DNA of 64,000 nucleotides from Candidatus Iainarchaeum sp. GTDB lineage: Archaea > Iainarchaeota > Iainarchaeia > Iainarchaeales > JAGVWC01. Shown here in pieces: positions 31,635 to 40,750 of this stretch. The DNA lies in the NCBI GenBank assembly GCA_018304465.1, contig JAGVWC010000009.1:32001-96000 (forward strand). The letters run 5' to 3'. A program made the translations under genes and the position numbers. The number at the start of each line of letters is the position of its first letter. Within the stretch, counting starts at the first letter, position 1. The notes below the pieces were generated by a model that saw only the letters and a list, made by a program, of their open reading frames with translations, searched no databases and was not told where the DNA came from.

Positions 31635-32618
31635 ATGGAAAAAAAGTGGTGGAACGGCGTCGTTTTCGAGCAAGACATTTACCTGGCGAAGGAATCCGAG
31701 GCCCGTGCCCGGATGAAAATCGCCGAAAAAGCAAAGCAAATCGGTTTTTTGCGGTTTGGCGGCGAATTTTTGTTTATGAAATCAAATGATGTTCAAGATT
31801 TGGAAAAACAGGAAGAATTGGCCAGGGAAATTTTCAAGCAGCATGAGAACTTGTTTGACGAAACCTATTTTTCGATTCATTGCCCATGGATTCCAACGGA
31901 TTCGACTTCGATTGAAACCAGCTTGGAAGCGCTGCAGACGCTTGAAAAATTATTGTCATTTGCCCCCGATTTGGTGTCGGTGATTAATCTTCATTTTGGA
32001 ATCGTTCCGCTGGACCGAAAATCCGTTTTCGATTCGTTCGAGAAAAAAAAAGAGGTGTTGGAGACGCTGGGAGGAGTATTGAATGATTTGAACCATAACG
32101 ACCAACGAATTTGCGTCGAAACGATTCTGATGCCATCGGATCTGCCGGATTCTTTTTTTTATTCGGGAATGCTTCCAAGCGATTTCAAATTTTTGACAAA
32201 AAACAAAAACGTCGGAGTCACGATTGATACGTGTCACGCCGGTATCAGCCAGGAGAATTGCCGGGAAATGCTTCAAAAAAACGCGTTATGCGAAGGATTG
32301 GAAAAAAAAGATTTGGACGAAGTCAACGCGCTTGCCAAAGACCCGATCGAAGCGTATCTGTCGCTTGGAAACAAGATTTGGCATGTTCATTATTCGGATT
32401 ATAAAAATCGACCCGGACAAAAGCCTTTGCACGGGCCCCCGTTTCCGGATGGAGAACGAAACGAAAACGATTTGTGGAAAGATTTGGAACGGATCCGAAA
32501 AGCGACGGACAAAAAAAAGCTGGGTGCGACGCTTGAAATCGTTGAAACCGATTATTTGACGTGTTCCAATATGTGGCAAAGCCTGCAATGGATCGCGCGA
32601 CAAGGGGGATCAAAATGA
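31635..32618 (+). CDS. Xylose-isomerase/AP-endonuclease-2-like TIM-barrel protein
   Basis: SIHCP, NLH, CVET, TIDTCH, HVHYSD, LEI metal-ligand pattern. Confidence 0.75.
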   Translation: MEKKWWNGVVFEQDIYLAKESEARARMKIAEKAKQIGFLRFGGEFLFMKSNDVQDLEKQEELAREIFKQHENLFDETYFSIHCPWIPTDSTSIETSLEALQTLEKLLSFAPDLVSVINLHFGIVPLDRKSVFDSFEKKKEVLETLGGVLNDLNHNDQRICVETILMPSDLPDSFFYSGMLPSDFKFLTKNKNVGVTIDTCHAGISQENCREMLQKNALCEGLEKKDLDEVNALAKDPIEAYLSLGNKIWHVHYSDYKNRPGQKPLHGPPFPDGERNENDLWKDLERIRKATDKKKLGATLEIVETDYLTCSNMWQSLQWIARQGGSK

Positions 32619-33340
32619 ATTTGGGAATTCGAAAAGCATTCGTGTTGGCCGGCGGAAAAGGGGAACGTTTGCGACCATTGACCTTGGAAACCGCAAAACC
32701 GCTCGTCGAAGTCGCGGGAAAACCGATTCTTCAATGGAACCTTGAGCTGCTTCGGTCGTACGGCGTCGAAGAAGTTGTTCTTGGAATCGGTCATATGGGT
32801 CACCAGGTACAACATTTTTTCAAGGACGGAGAGGATTTGGGAATCGCGATCGCGTACAGCGTCGAAAAAGATTTTCTTGGGACCGCGGGCGCGCTCAAAT
32901 TGGCCGAGCATTTTTTGGACGACGAGGAAACCTTCATCATGATGAATGGCGACGAAGTCAAAGACGTTTTTTTTGACAAAGTAAAGAGCGTGTACGAAAA
33001 AAACGACGCGCAGGGCTGTATTTCATTGACCCGCGTGAAAGACGTTTCCGAATTCGGGTCCGTGAAACTGGATGGCGAGCGAATCACGGCGTTTTTGGAA
33101 AAAAGCCAGTCGCCGCAAAACGAACAAGGACTCGTGAATTGCGGAGCGTATGTTCTTTCAAATCAGGTGTTTGATTTGATTCCAAAAGAACAAAAGGTTT
33201 CGATTGAAAAAGACGTGTTTCCGAAGCTTGCGGAACAAAAACGCTTGTTTGGAATCGAGTCAACGGGACAATGGTTTCCAACAGATGATTTACCGCGGCT
33301 TGAAAACGCCCGAAGTGGATGGAAAACAACTTTTAAATGA
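32615..33340 (+). CDS. NDP-sugar nucleotidyltransferase
   Basis: LAGGKGERLRPLT...KPL, LGTAGAL, MNGD. Confidence 0.9.
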   Translation: MNLGIRKAFVLAGGKGERLRPLTLETAKPLVEVAGKPILQWNLELLRSYGVEEVVLGIGHMGHQVQHFFKDGEDLGIAIAYSVEKDFLGTAGALKLAEHFLDDEETFIMMNGDEVKDVFFDKVKSVYEKNDAQGCISLTRVKDVSEFGSVKLDGERITAFLEKSQSPQNEQGLVNCGAYVLSNQVFDLIPKEQKVSIEKDVFPKLAEQKRLFGIESTGQWFPTDDLPRLENARSGWKTTFK

Positions 33341-33370
33341 ATCCCCCCATAAAACCGGTATCGCGATTAC

Positions 33371-33901
33371 ATGGAATTACGAGAACACATTCGAACCATT
33401 TCGGATTTTCCAAAACAAGGCGTTTTATTTAAGGATATCACGCCGCTTTTAGCGAACAAAAAGGCTTTTCGGCAATGCGTTGATGAAATCGTCGAGCATT
33501 ATTTAACGAAAGGAATTCATTTTGACAAAGTTGTGAGTGCCGAATCCCGTGGATTTATTTTTGGTTCTGTGCTCGCGTATGAATTTCATGCAGGATTTGT
33601 TCCATTGCGAAAACCCGGAAAATTGCCATGTAGTTGCATCCGGGAGGAATTCAAAACCGAATATTCCACTGATGCATTTGAAATGCATGCGGATGCATTA
33701 CGACCAGAGGAATCGGTATTAGTCGTTGATGATATAATTGCCAGTGGAGGAACACTGGAAGCCGCAGCGCGGTTGGTGGAACGAAGCGGCGCAAAAGTCG
33801 AAGGAATTTGTTGTGTAATTGAGTTGCCGTTTTTGGGCGGAAAAGAAAAAATAAAAAAATACGATTTTTTTTCGTTGTTTTCATTTGAGAAAGGCGAATG
33901 A
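33371..33901 (+). CDS. apt: Adenine phosphoribosyltransferase
   Basis: DFPKQGVLFKDITPLL, ESRGF, RKPGKLP, VVDDIIASGGT. Confidence 0.95.
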   Translation: MELREHIRTISDFPKQGVLFKDITPLLANKKAFRQCVDEIVEHYLTKGIHFDKVVSAESRGFIFGSVLAYEFHAGFVPLRKPGKLPCSCIREEFKTEYSTDAFEMHADALRPEESVLVVDDIIASGGTLEAAARLVERSGAKVEGICCVIELPFLGGKEKIKKYDFFSLFSFEKGE

Positions 33902-34683
33902 AGATGATTGGAATTATTGGGGGAACCGGGTTGGAAGACTCGAAAATCCTAAAAAATACGGAAGAGAAAACAGTTTCCACGCCGTGGGGAGATCCTTCAA
34001 GTCCGATTACGCTCGGGGAAATTGCGGGAAAAAAAGTAGCGATTTTGTCTCGGCATGGACGAAAACACCAGTTTAATCCAACCAAAGTGAATTATCGCGC
34101 CAATATTTGGGCATTAAAAGAGCTGGGATGTCATCGGTTACTTGCGTCCACGGCGTGCGGTTCTTTGCAGGAAGAAATGCATCCGGGAGAACTCGTAATT
34201 GCGGATAATTTTATCGATTGGACACGTCATCGAACCGTTACTTTTTTTGAAAAAGACCAAGTGGCACATGTTCCCATGGCGGACCCGTTTTGTCCGACGT
34301 TGCGAAAGAATTTAGCCGACTCCGCAAAAGAGCTCAATCTTTCTTTTCATTCAAAAGGAACCATTGTAACCATTGAGGGCCCTCGTTTTTCAACGCGTGC
34401 CGAAAGCCATTTGTTTCGATCTATAAAAGCCGATGTGATTAACATGACCACGGTCCCGGAAGTGATTCTTGCGCGGGAAGCCGGCATGTGCTATGCGACT
34501 ATTGCGTTGGTAACGGATTATGATTGCTGGAAAGAAACCGAAGAAAGCGTGGATATTGCAACTGTGCTTCGGGTAATGAAGCAAAATGCGGAGAACGCTA
34601 AAATGCTTTTTATCCAAACCATTTCAAAAATTGAGGACGATCGGTGCCATTGCCAGCAATTCATTGAAAAATCCTTACTCTAA
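33898..34683 (+). CDS. mtaP: S-methyl-5'-thioadenosine phosphorylase
   Basis: GIIGGTG, RHG, NYRANIWAL, EGPRFSTRAES, VTDYDCW. Confidence 0.95.
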   Translation: MKMIGIIGGTGLEDSKILKNTEEKTVSTPWGDPSSPITLGEIAGKKVAILSRHGRKHQFNPTKVNYRANIWALKELGCHRLLASTACGSLQEEMHPGELVIADNFIDWTRHRTVTFFEKDQVAHVPMADPFCPTLRKNLADSAKELNLSFHSKGTIVTIEGPRFSTRAESHLFRSIKADVINMTTVPEVILAREAGMCYATIALVTDYDCWKETEESVDIATVLRVMKQNAENAKMLFIQTISKIEDDRCHCQQFIEKSLL

Positions 34684-34712
34684 AAATATACATAAGGAGA
34701 ATTTTTCGAGGT

Positions 34713-35180
34713 TTGTTTTTCGTGAACGTAAAGGGTAATCTGATCACGGCATGGATGCATTTGCTGGTTTTTCACGAGTTAAACCGGCTGCGCGTGACGC
34801 ATGAATGGCCGATCGAGAAAATTTTACCCGAAAAAACGGTGCTTCTCACCAAAAACGGTTCGGTGCGATCGGGAAGATTCGATTTTTTGGTTCAAACCAA
34901 GGACAAGTCCATCGGAATTGAAGTGTTGACGCGTCCAAGTCAGGGAAAACTCAAGCAAAAACTCGCTTACGCAAGCGAAGTGGACGAATTCGTGTTCGTG
35001 GTTCCAAAAGAAGCGCTGGAATTCTACAAGAAAAAAGATCACAAAATTCCAAGCAGAGTCCGGCCGAGTTTTTTCGGAAAAGAATTCAAAAGCCCGAACC
35101 TGAAAGCCTGGATCGTTGATCTGGCAGACGGACGCATTCTGAAAAAAAGCGTTTTTTCAAAAGTATTCAACACGAAGTGA
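34713..35180 (+). CDS. Hypothetical protein, PD-(D/E)XK-like fold
   Basis: H...RFDFLV...IGIEV pattern. Confidence 0.5.
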   Translation: MFFVNVKGNLITAWMHLLVFHELNRLRVTHEWPIEKILPEKTVLLTKNGSVRSGRFDFLVQTKDKSIGIEVLTRPSQGKLKQKLAYASEVDEFVFVVPKEALEFYKKKDHKIPSRVRPSFFGKEFKSPNLKAWIVDLADGRILKKSVFSKVFNTK

Positions 35181-35279
35181 GCCGCGACCGGTAATTTTGT
35201 TTTCCGAAACACAAGCCCTCTAAAACCCTTATCGTCAGGCATAAAAAGACTTTGATGAATTTTCCCTATTGGAGCGATT

Positions 35280-36428
35280 TTGATGTCAACCGTGGCAATT
35301 GTAGGAGCGGGACCAGCCGGATTGAAAACGGCGGCACACTTGGCCAAGGAAGGCATTGACGTCACGGTGTTGGAAGAACACGAAAAAGTCGGGGAACCCT
35401 GCAATTGTTCTGGACTCATCAGCGTGGAGGGCGCCAAAAAAGCCGATTTGCCGCTGGATGACTGTTTAATCGGAAAAATAACAGGAGCCAAACTTTTTGC
35501 TCCAAACAACGCGATGCTGGTGGTTCAGCGAAACACAGCGGTTGCAAAAGTCGTGGACCGCGCCAAACTGGATCAGTTACTGGCCAAAGAAGCCCAGAAA
35601 TTCGGCGCGAATATCCGAAGCAAAAGCCGCCTGATCGATATCCGGAACGAAACCTTGTTTTTGGAGTCAAGCGGCCGCGGAGAAATTTTAAAAAGCAAGA
35701 TCGTGGTGGGTGCCGATGGTCCGAGTTCGAAAGTGCGAAATCTCATGGGAATCGAAGCCGGAATGAACGATTTCATCCATTCGTACCAGGTGCGCGCCGA
35801 AGGCGTGTTCGATCCGAATTTTGTCGAATTGTATTTCGGCGGGTTTGCGGTTAATTTTTTCGCGTGGGTAGTACCCGAATCCAAAAGCGTGGCCAAAGTC
35901 GGGCTCGGATGCAAAACCGGTTTGAATCCGAAGAATCAATTCGAAGCGTTTTTGAAGGCAAAGCAGATGGAATTGTACGATCGATTCGAGGAAAAAAGTT
36001 TTTTGATTCCGTGTCGAAAACCCTTGAACAGTCTCGTGGCGCAAAACAAGCTGTTGGTGGGCGACGCGGCGTTCCAAACCAAGGCGACGACCGGGGGCGG
36101 GATCGTGACCAGTTCGCTTGCGGGAAAACTCGCGGCGGAAACGATTCGCGAGCATTTGTTTGAGAAAAAAAAACTCGAAAATTACAACAAAAAACTCGAT
36201 TGGCTTAACAAGGAACTCAACATGCATTGGAAGATTCACAATTATTATACCAAATTAAACGACAACCAGGTCAATAAACTGTTTGAAAAAGCCAAGAAAG
36301 CAAAAGTCGAGGAATTGCTGTCGGATTACGGCAACATGGATTTTCCCACGCAGTTCATTCCGAAATTGGTTTCGAATCCGCGCGTGATCTTTTTCTTGCC
36401 GGACGTGCTGCAATTCTGGCGAAGCTGA
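35280..36428 (+). CDS. Geranylgeranyl reductase family flavoprotein
   Basis: VGAGPAG, PCNCSG, VGADG, FAWVVP, VGDAA...TTGGGI. Confidence 0.92.
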   Translation: MMSTVAIVGAGPAGLKTAAHLAKEGIDVTVLEEHEKVGEPCNCSGLISVEGAKKADLPLDDCLIGKITGAKLFAPNNAMLVVQRNTAVAKVVDRAKLDQLLAKEAQKFGANIRSKSRLIDIRNETLFLESSGRGEILKSKIVVGADGPSSKVRNLMGIEAGMNDFIHSYQVRAEGVFDPNFVELYFGGFAVNFFAWVVPESKSVAKVGLGCKTGLNPKNQFEAFLKAKQMELYDRFEEKSFLIPCRKPLNSLVAQNKLLVGDAAFQTKATTGGGIVTSSLAGKLAAETIREHLFEKKKLENYNKKLDWLNKELNMHWKIHNYYTKLNDNQVNKLFEKAKKAKVEELLSDYGNMDFPTQFIPKLVSNPRVIFFLPDVLQFWRS

Positions 36429-36497
36429 AAAATAGGACGCCAGGAAGCCCGATTGGAACCCCGATCGAAATAATAATTTGTCGGGATTTGTTTGTAC

Positions 36498-36812
36498 ATG
36501 ATTTCTTTTTCGGAAAAAGTATTCGCGGCCATGAAGCGGATTCCAAAGGGCAAAGTGTCGACCTATCGGGAAATAGCCAAATTCATCGGAAAACCCAACG
36601 CTTTTCGGGCCGTGGGGAACACGTGCAATAAGAACCCGAACGCGCCAAGAGTCCCCTGTCATCGCGTGGTAAAATCGGACGGTCGGGTCGGCGGATACGC
36701 GTTTGGAGAAAAAAAGAAAATTTTGTTGCTTCAAAACGAGGGGATCAAGGTTAAAAAAGGAAGAATTCTCAATTTTGAAGATTGTTTATTGAAAACATCA
36801 GAAGGAAGGTGA
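36498..36812 (+). CDS. ogt: O6-methylguanine-DNA methyltransferase (DNA-binding/catalytic domain only)
   Basis: IPKGKVSTY, RAVG, PCHRVV. Confidence 0.92.
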   Translation: MISFSEKVFAAMKRIPKGKVSTYREIAKFIGKPNAFRAVGNTCNKNPNAPRVPCHRVVKSDGRVGGYAFGEKKKILLLQNEGIKVKKGRILNFEDCLLKTSEGR

Positions 36813-36816
36813 AAAA

Positions 36817-37128
36817 TTGCCTCGACGAAACCAACGAAAAGATTCGAATCGCAGCCGAAAATTCATTCGCGTTCGAAAACCGCGTAGTGCCGGATCGCAA
36901 GTCGCGCAGGCGTTTAATGTTCCGATCGGAAGCAAGATTCGAAGAAAATACAATCCGCTGGCCCGAAGAAAAAAATTCGATGTCGTGCAATCCAGAACCG
37001 CGGGCCTAAAAGTCAGACTGAACCCCGGAATGACCCTACAATTGGCCCTTGAAAAGCTTAAGAAGCTGGGAAAAAAAGAATCAAAAGGAAAATTAGTGCC
37101 GAAATCAAAACGCAGAGGCGACCAATGA
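36817..37128 (+). CDS. Small Arg/Lys-rich hypothetical protein
   Basis: Fills the ogt-DAHP synthase gap with 4-nt overlap; very basic. Confidence 0.5.
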   Translation: MPRRNQRKDSNRSRKFIRVRKPRSAGSQVAQAFNVPIGSKIRRKYNPLARRKKFDVVQSRTAGLKVRLNPGMTLQLALEKLKKLGKKESKGKLVPKSKRRGDQ

Positions 37129-37940
37129 CCAAAATGCCGCTGTATTTGCGAAAAAACACGTCCGACCAATCGGTCGTAAAAGTCGGTCCTGTGCGCATTG
37201 GCGGGCCGAAAATCGCGGTGATCGCGGGACCGTGTTCCGTGGAATCCGAAGCCCAGTTGTTGCTTTGCGCGGAATTCCTGAAAAAAAGCGGGATCAAAAT
37301 CATGCGCGCCTCGGCGTTCAAACCGCGGACCAGCCCGTATTCGTTTCAGGGATTAGGCGAAGAAGGCCTCAAGTTGTTGTCCAAAGTCGGCCATCAAACG
37401 GGGCTTGCAGTTGAAACCGAGGTCATGGATGTACGCGATGTGGCGGTTGCGGCCAAGTACGTGGATGTATTGCGGGTAGGAGCGCGCAACATGCAAAATT
37501 ACGATTTGCTGGAAGAAATGGGAAAACAGAAAAAACCGGTGATTTTGAAAAACGGTCTTGCAGCCACGATGGACGAATTCCTAAACGCTGCGGAGTACAT
37601 TCTTAAAGAAGGAAACCCGAATGTTATCTTATGTTTGCGGGGAATTCGGACTTTTGAAACCAAAACCCGTTTTTCGTTTGATCCCGGTTTGATTCCGGCG
37701 CTCAAACACGAAACCCATTTACCGGTAATCGTAGACCCGTCGCATCCGGCGGGAAAACGTGAATTCGTTCCGGCAATCGCGCGCGCGGCGATCGCGGCCG
37801 GAGCGGATGGATTACTGATCGAAGTGCATCCGAATCCCGTGCTCGCGTTAAGCGACAACGACCAGCAGCTGGATTTTCCGGAATTCGAAAAACTGCTCGG
37901 CGAGTTAAAACGCGTGACGATTGCTGTCGGCAGGCAATAA
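37125..37940 (+). CDS. aroF: DAHP synthase, type I-beta (no regulatory domain)
   Basis: IAGPCSVES, FKPRTSPYSFQGLG, GARNMQN, DPSH, EVHP. Confidence 0.9.
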   Translation: MTKMPLYLRKNTSDQSVVKVGPVRIGGPKIAVIAGPCSVESEAQLLLCAEFLKKSGIKIMRASAFKPRTSPYSFQGLGEEGLKLLSKVGHQTGLAVETEVMDVRDVAVAAKYVDVLRVGARNMQNYDLLEEMGKQKKPVILKNGLAATMDEFLNAAEYILKEGNPNVILCLRGIRTFETKTRFSFDPGLIPALKHETHLPVIVDPSHPAGKREFVPAIARAAIAAGADGLLIEVHPNPVLALSDNDQQLDFPEFEKLLGELKRVTIAVGRQ

Positions 37941-38235
37941 AAAAACAAGCCTGGTTTGGAAACCGCCAACGAGAAGTTCGTCTTCAAAAAAGGATTAAAA
38001 AACCGCTTTGACAAGTTTTTTACATGACCATCCAACTTACCTACTTGCAAGGCGACTGAAAAGGTCTAGCGGAGCCGTTCGAAGCCAGTTGTATTATATC
38101 CGGCAACAGCTTCTCGCGGGAAGTCATTTATCCGGCCTATTGAAAAGAAAAAAAATCGACGGGTTCCGAAAAGCGGTTGACGACTCCAAAAACCAAATCG
38201 GAAGGTTAATATAGAGGAATTGACTTGACACACGT

Positions 38236-40125
38236 ATGAAACACGGGTTGCGGTTATTGTTCGCGCTCGTTCTGATTTTGGGTCCCGTGCTCGGACAATC
38301 CCCAGATTCTTCAGTGCTCCCAGGTGAAAACGGCGAGTTTCCAGCTGATCAAGGACCGCCGGAAAACAGTTCGGGCGAACAAGGGCCAGGCCCGCCGGGC
38401 GCAACCGGTCCAGTGCCGCCGGGTTGTTCGACCAACGAAACCGCCGCAGGGGTTTTGGAGATTTCGTGTGAGTTTGACAAAAGCGCGTTTTCGGATTTTG
38501 ATTTGAGCGCACAGGTTCAATCTTGCGCGGATTCGTTTGAAATGATTAATGGCTCGCCGGCGTGCATCGCGCGTGGAAAAACGAGTTTTAAGGAAGCATC
38601 GTGTCCGAGTGCCGGACAGATCAGCGCGTTGAAATCCAAGTGCGACGGCGAACTCAAGGAATTCGTCGACGAAGCGAATTGCAACGCCGTGGTGTGCCTG
38701 CACAGCCAGTTCAAGCAAGAGTTCGACCAAAAAATCGCGGAGACTTTTGGCGAAGAACCGGTCAAGGCCAAAGTGTTTTCGTGCCAAAAAGACGGCGGAA
38801 CTCCGATCATTGTGGGGGAAAACGTGAAATGCCTGCGGCAAATCGACGATCCGGTGCTGGTGGAAAAAAACCTGGGATCGTTGACCGTGGACGACGTGGC
38901 GGGAGCGGCTGACAAACTCGGACAGCTTAAAACCAAGTTGGATACTTTATCGGAAAAGATGTCGACGGCCCAGGAAAAGTTCGAGCAAAACGGAAAAACC
39001 GAGCAAGTGGAAGTGTTCGAATTCGGAAAAGAAAAAATCGCGTTGGTTCAGGATCAGATCAGTCAGATTCAAGAAGCATTGTCCGACCCCGCGGAACTTA
39101 GCGTCTCGGACCGGCAAGAATTGTTAATGGATATTTCGACGATCAAAAAGACGATTTCCGAAGTGACGGTCACCGTGGCCAGCGGAAAAATCGCGTCTGA
39201 AAACGAATTGGCGGACGAGATGTTCGCGCGTCTCGACGCGTATTACGGAACCCCGTGGAAAAACAAAGCGGAGTTCCAAGAGTGGCGCGACCGCGAAAAA
39301 CAAGCCTTTGACATCATCCAAAACTGTGAGCAGTATTCTGCGGCGTCGCCCAAGACTTTCGTTCCGCCAGATCCTGACGCGCGCGTAGTCAAAATCGAAG
39401 TCATGGGACTCGTGGGCACCAAATGCCGTTTCGTGTTGCATTCGGCGCGCGGGGACAAAGCCGAGTTTTTGCTTCCGGGCGAATCGTACCTGGGCTGGAA
39501 CGGACCCGAAAAATTGTTGGGTTTGACCTGCAGCGGCGATTGCGAGTGGATGACTCAGTTACTTGAAATCGTCAAGAATGGAGGTCCGAGTTCCGATCCG
39601 CAGCAGGTTTGCATTCAAAAATGCGTGTACAAGAATTGTTCGGAAGGACATTTCGCGTGCCTGGAAAAAAACCGGGTCGCGTGCGAAGCGGAATGTGGAA
39701 TTGAAAAAGAACCCTTGCCGATCGGGCCCAGTGGAGAGGTCGACAAGTACCCGTTGTGTGTTTCGATGTGCGCTGGAGGTCTGCGGTGCGGCGGTGACAT
39801 TGTTAATGCCACGTGCAGCGAGTGCGAGGAAAAATGCATGACCCAGTACGGCCCCGGCGCGTGGTATGAACGCTGTCTCAACAATGAACAATTACAGGCC
39901 CAAAAAGCCAGATGCGGAAATGGAGAATACGCCGAACCCGTGGAAGAATTCATCAAGGACAAGACGTGTATTACGGGCGTGGTCTGCAAGCAATTCGAAC
40001 CGCCTGCGGGCGACGATCCGGGAACCGGGCCTGACGTCGGCCCGACTGGTCAAGTCGTGTTGCCGGAACTGGAAAACGACTGGGTGTCGGGTTTTCTGGA
40101 TTGGCTCAATGAGTGGTTTGGATGA
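38236..40125 (+). CDS. Secreted Cys-rich protein with coiled coil
   Basis: Signal peptide, many Cys, amphipathic C-terminus GFLDWLNEWFG. Confidence 0.75.
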   Translation: MKHGLRLLFALVLILGPVLGQSPDSSVLPGENGEFPADQGPPENSSGEQGPGPPGATGPVPPGCSTNETAAGVLEISCEFDKSAFSDFDLSAQVQSCADSFEMINGSPACIARGKTSFKEASCPSAGQISALKSKCDGELKEFVDEANCNAVVCLHSQFKQEFDQKIAETFGEEPVKAKVFSCQKDGGTPIIVGENVKCLRQIDDPVLVEKNLGSLTVDDVAGAADKLGQLKTKLDTLSEKMSTAQEKFEQNGKTEQVEVFEFGKEKIALVQDQISQIQEALSDPAELSVSDRQELLMDISTIKKTISEVTVTVASGKIASENELADEMFARLDAYYGTPWKNKAEFQEWRDREKQAFDIIQNCEQYSAASPKTFVPPDPDARVVKIEVMGLVGTKCRFVLHSARGDKAEFLLPGESYLGWNGPEKLLGLTCSGDCEWMTQLLEIVKNGGPSSDPQQVCIQKCVYKNCSEGHFACLEKNRVACEAECGIEKEPLPIGPSGEVDKYPLCVSMCAGGLRCGGDIVNATCSECEEKCMTQYGPGAWYERCLNNEQLQAQKARCGNGEYAEPVEEFIKDKTCITGVVCKQFEPPAGDDPGTGPDVGPTGQVVLPELENDWVSGFLDWLNEWFG

Positions 40126-40424
40126 AAACCGCTTTGATACTGATTGGTTTGATGGGAATTCTACTGCTGGTGGGTTGCACCCAGTATTCACCTCCAGCAA
40201 CGGGAACTGGGGACGACTCGACGCCTCAAACACCGGAAGCGATGATCGGTCAAAACCAGGATTCGAATTCCGGTTCGCAAAGTTCCAGGACTCCTTTGAC
40301 GCCATCGGCTGAACCGGGACTCGAGGCTCCGCCGTCACCTGCGGAACCCACGCCGGAAAACATAGCGAGCGAACTGGACGACTTGATGACCGACTTCGAC
40401 GACGTCGAAACTGATTTGAAGTAA
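40122..40424 (+). CDS. Small acidic lipoprotein
   Basis: LLLVGC lipobox followed by a P/S/T/D-rich tail. Confidence 0.75.
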   Translation: MKTALILIGLMGILLLVGCTQYSPPATGTGDDSTPQTPEAMIGQNQDSNSGSQSSRTPLTPSAEPGLEAPPSPAEPTPENIASELDDLMTDFDDVETDLK

Positions 40425-40702
40425 ACTGGTTAACCATAGCTCCGTTTTGGTGGCGGGATAGTGAAGGCGCTCAACGATTTTTGGAACGCTCTCCGCGTAC
40501 ACGCGGCCAGATACACCTCCAACGAATGGAGTTTTACTACAATTTCATCAAGAATCGGGATGGTGGTATCGAACCACCAGCCGTTAGACTCGACTACGTT
40601 AGATGCCTGCCAAAAACCAGTATAAAACAATGATTCGCCCAACTGCTCGAACAAGCCAGTGCCCTATGGCGCCGGCTCACCAACCGAAAATGTCACCAGT
40701 TC
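40423..40702 (-). ncRNA. Putative structured ncRNA, unassigned
   Basis: End-to-end pairing, at least six hairpins including a T-loop arm, G-U wobbles on the minus strand, AT-rich TATA-like tract just upstream. Confidence 0.55.
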
Positions 40703-40750
40703 CAAAAGCGATGAGAAACTATTAATAATATTAAATCCAAACTAATTCTG

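Noticed and set aside
38008-38214. 68-aa ORF with a faint HTH-like pattern
   Set aside because: TTG start, short, no convincing motif; cannot be supported.
40423-40702. Assignment as SRP RNA, RNase P RNA, tRNA or group II intron domain V
   Set aside because: No helix-8 CAGG/GNRA/AGCA motif, no GAGGAAAGUCC, no acceptor partner for the T arm, and the GAGCCG hairpin is too short and lacks a GNRA loop.
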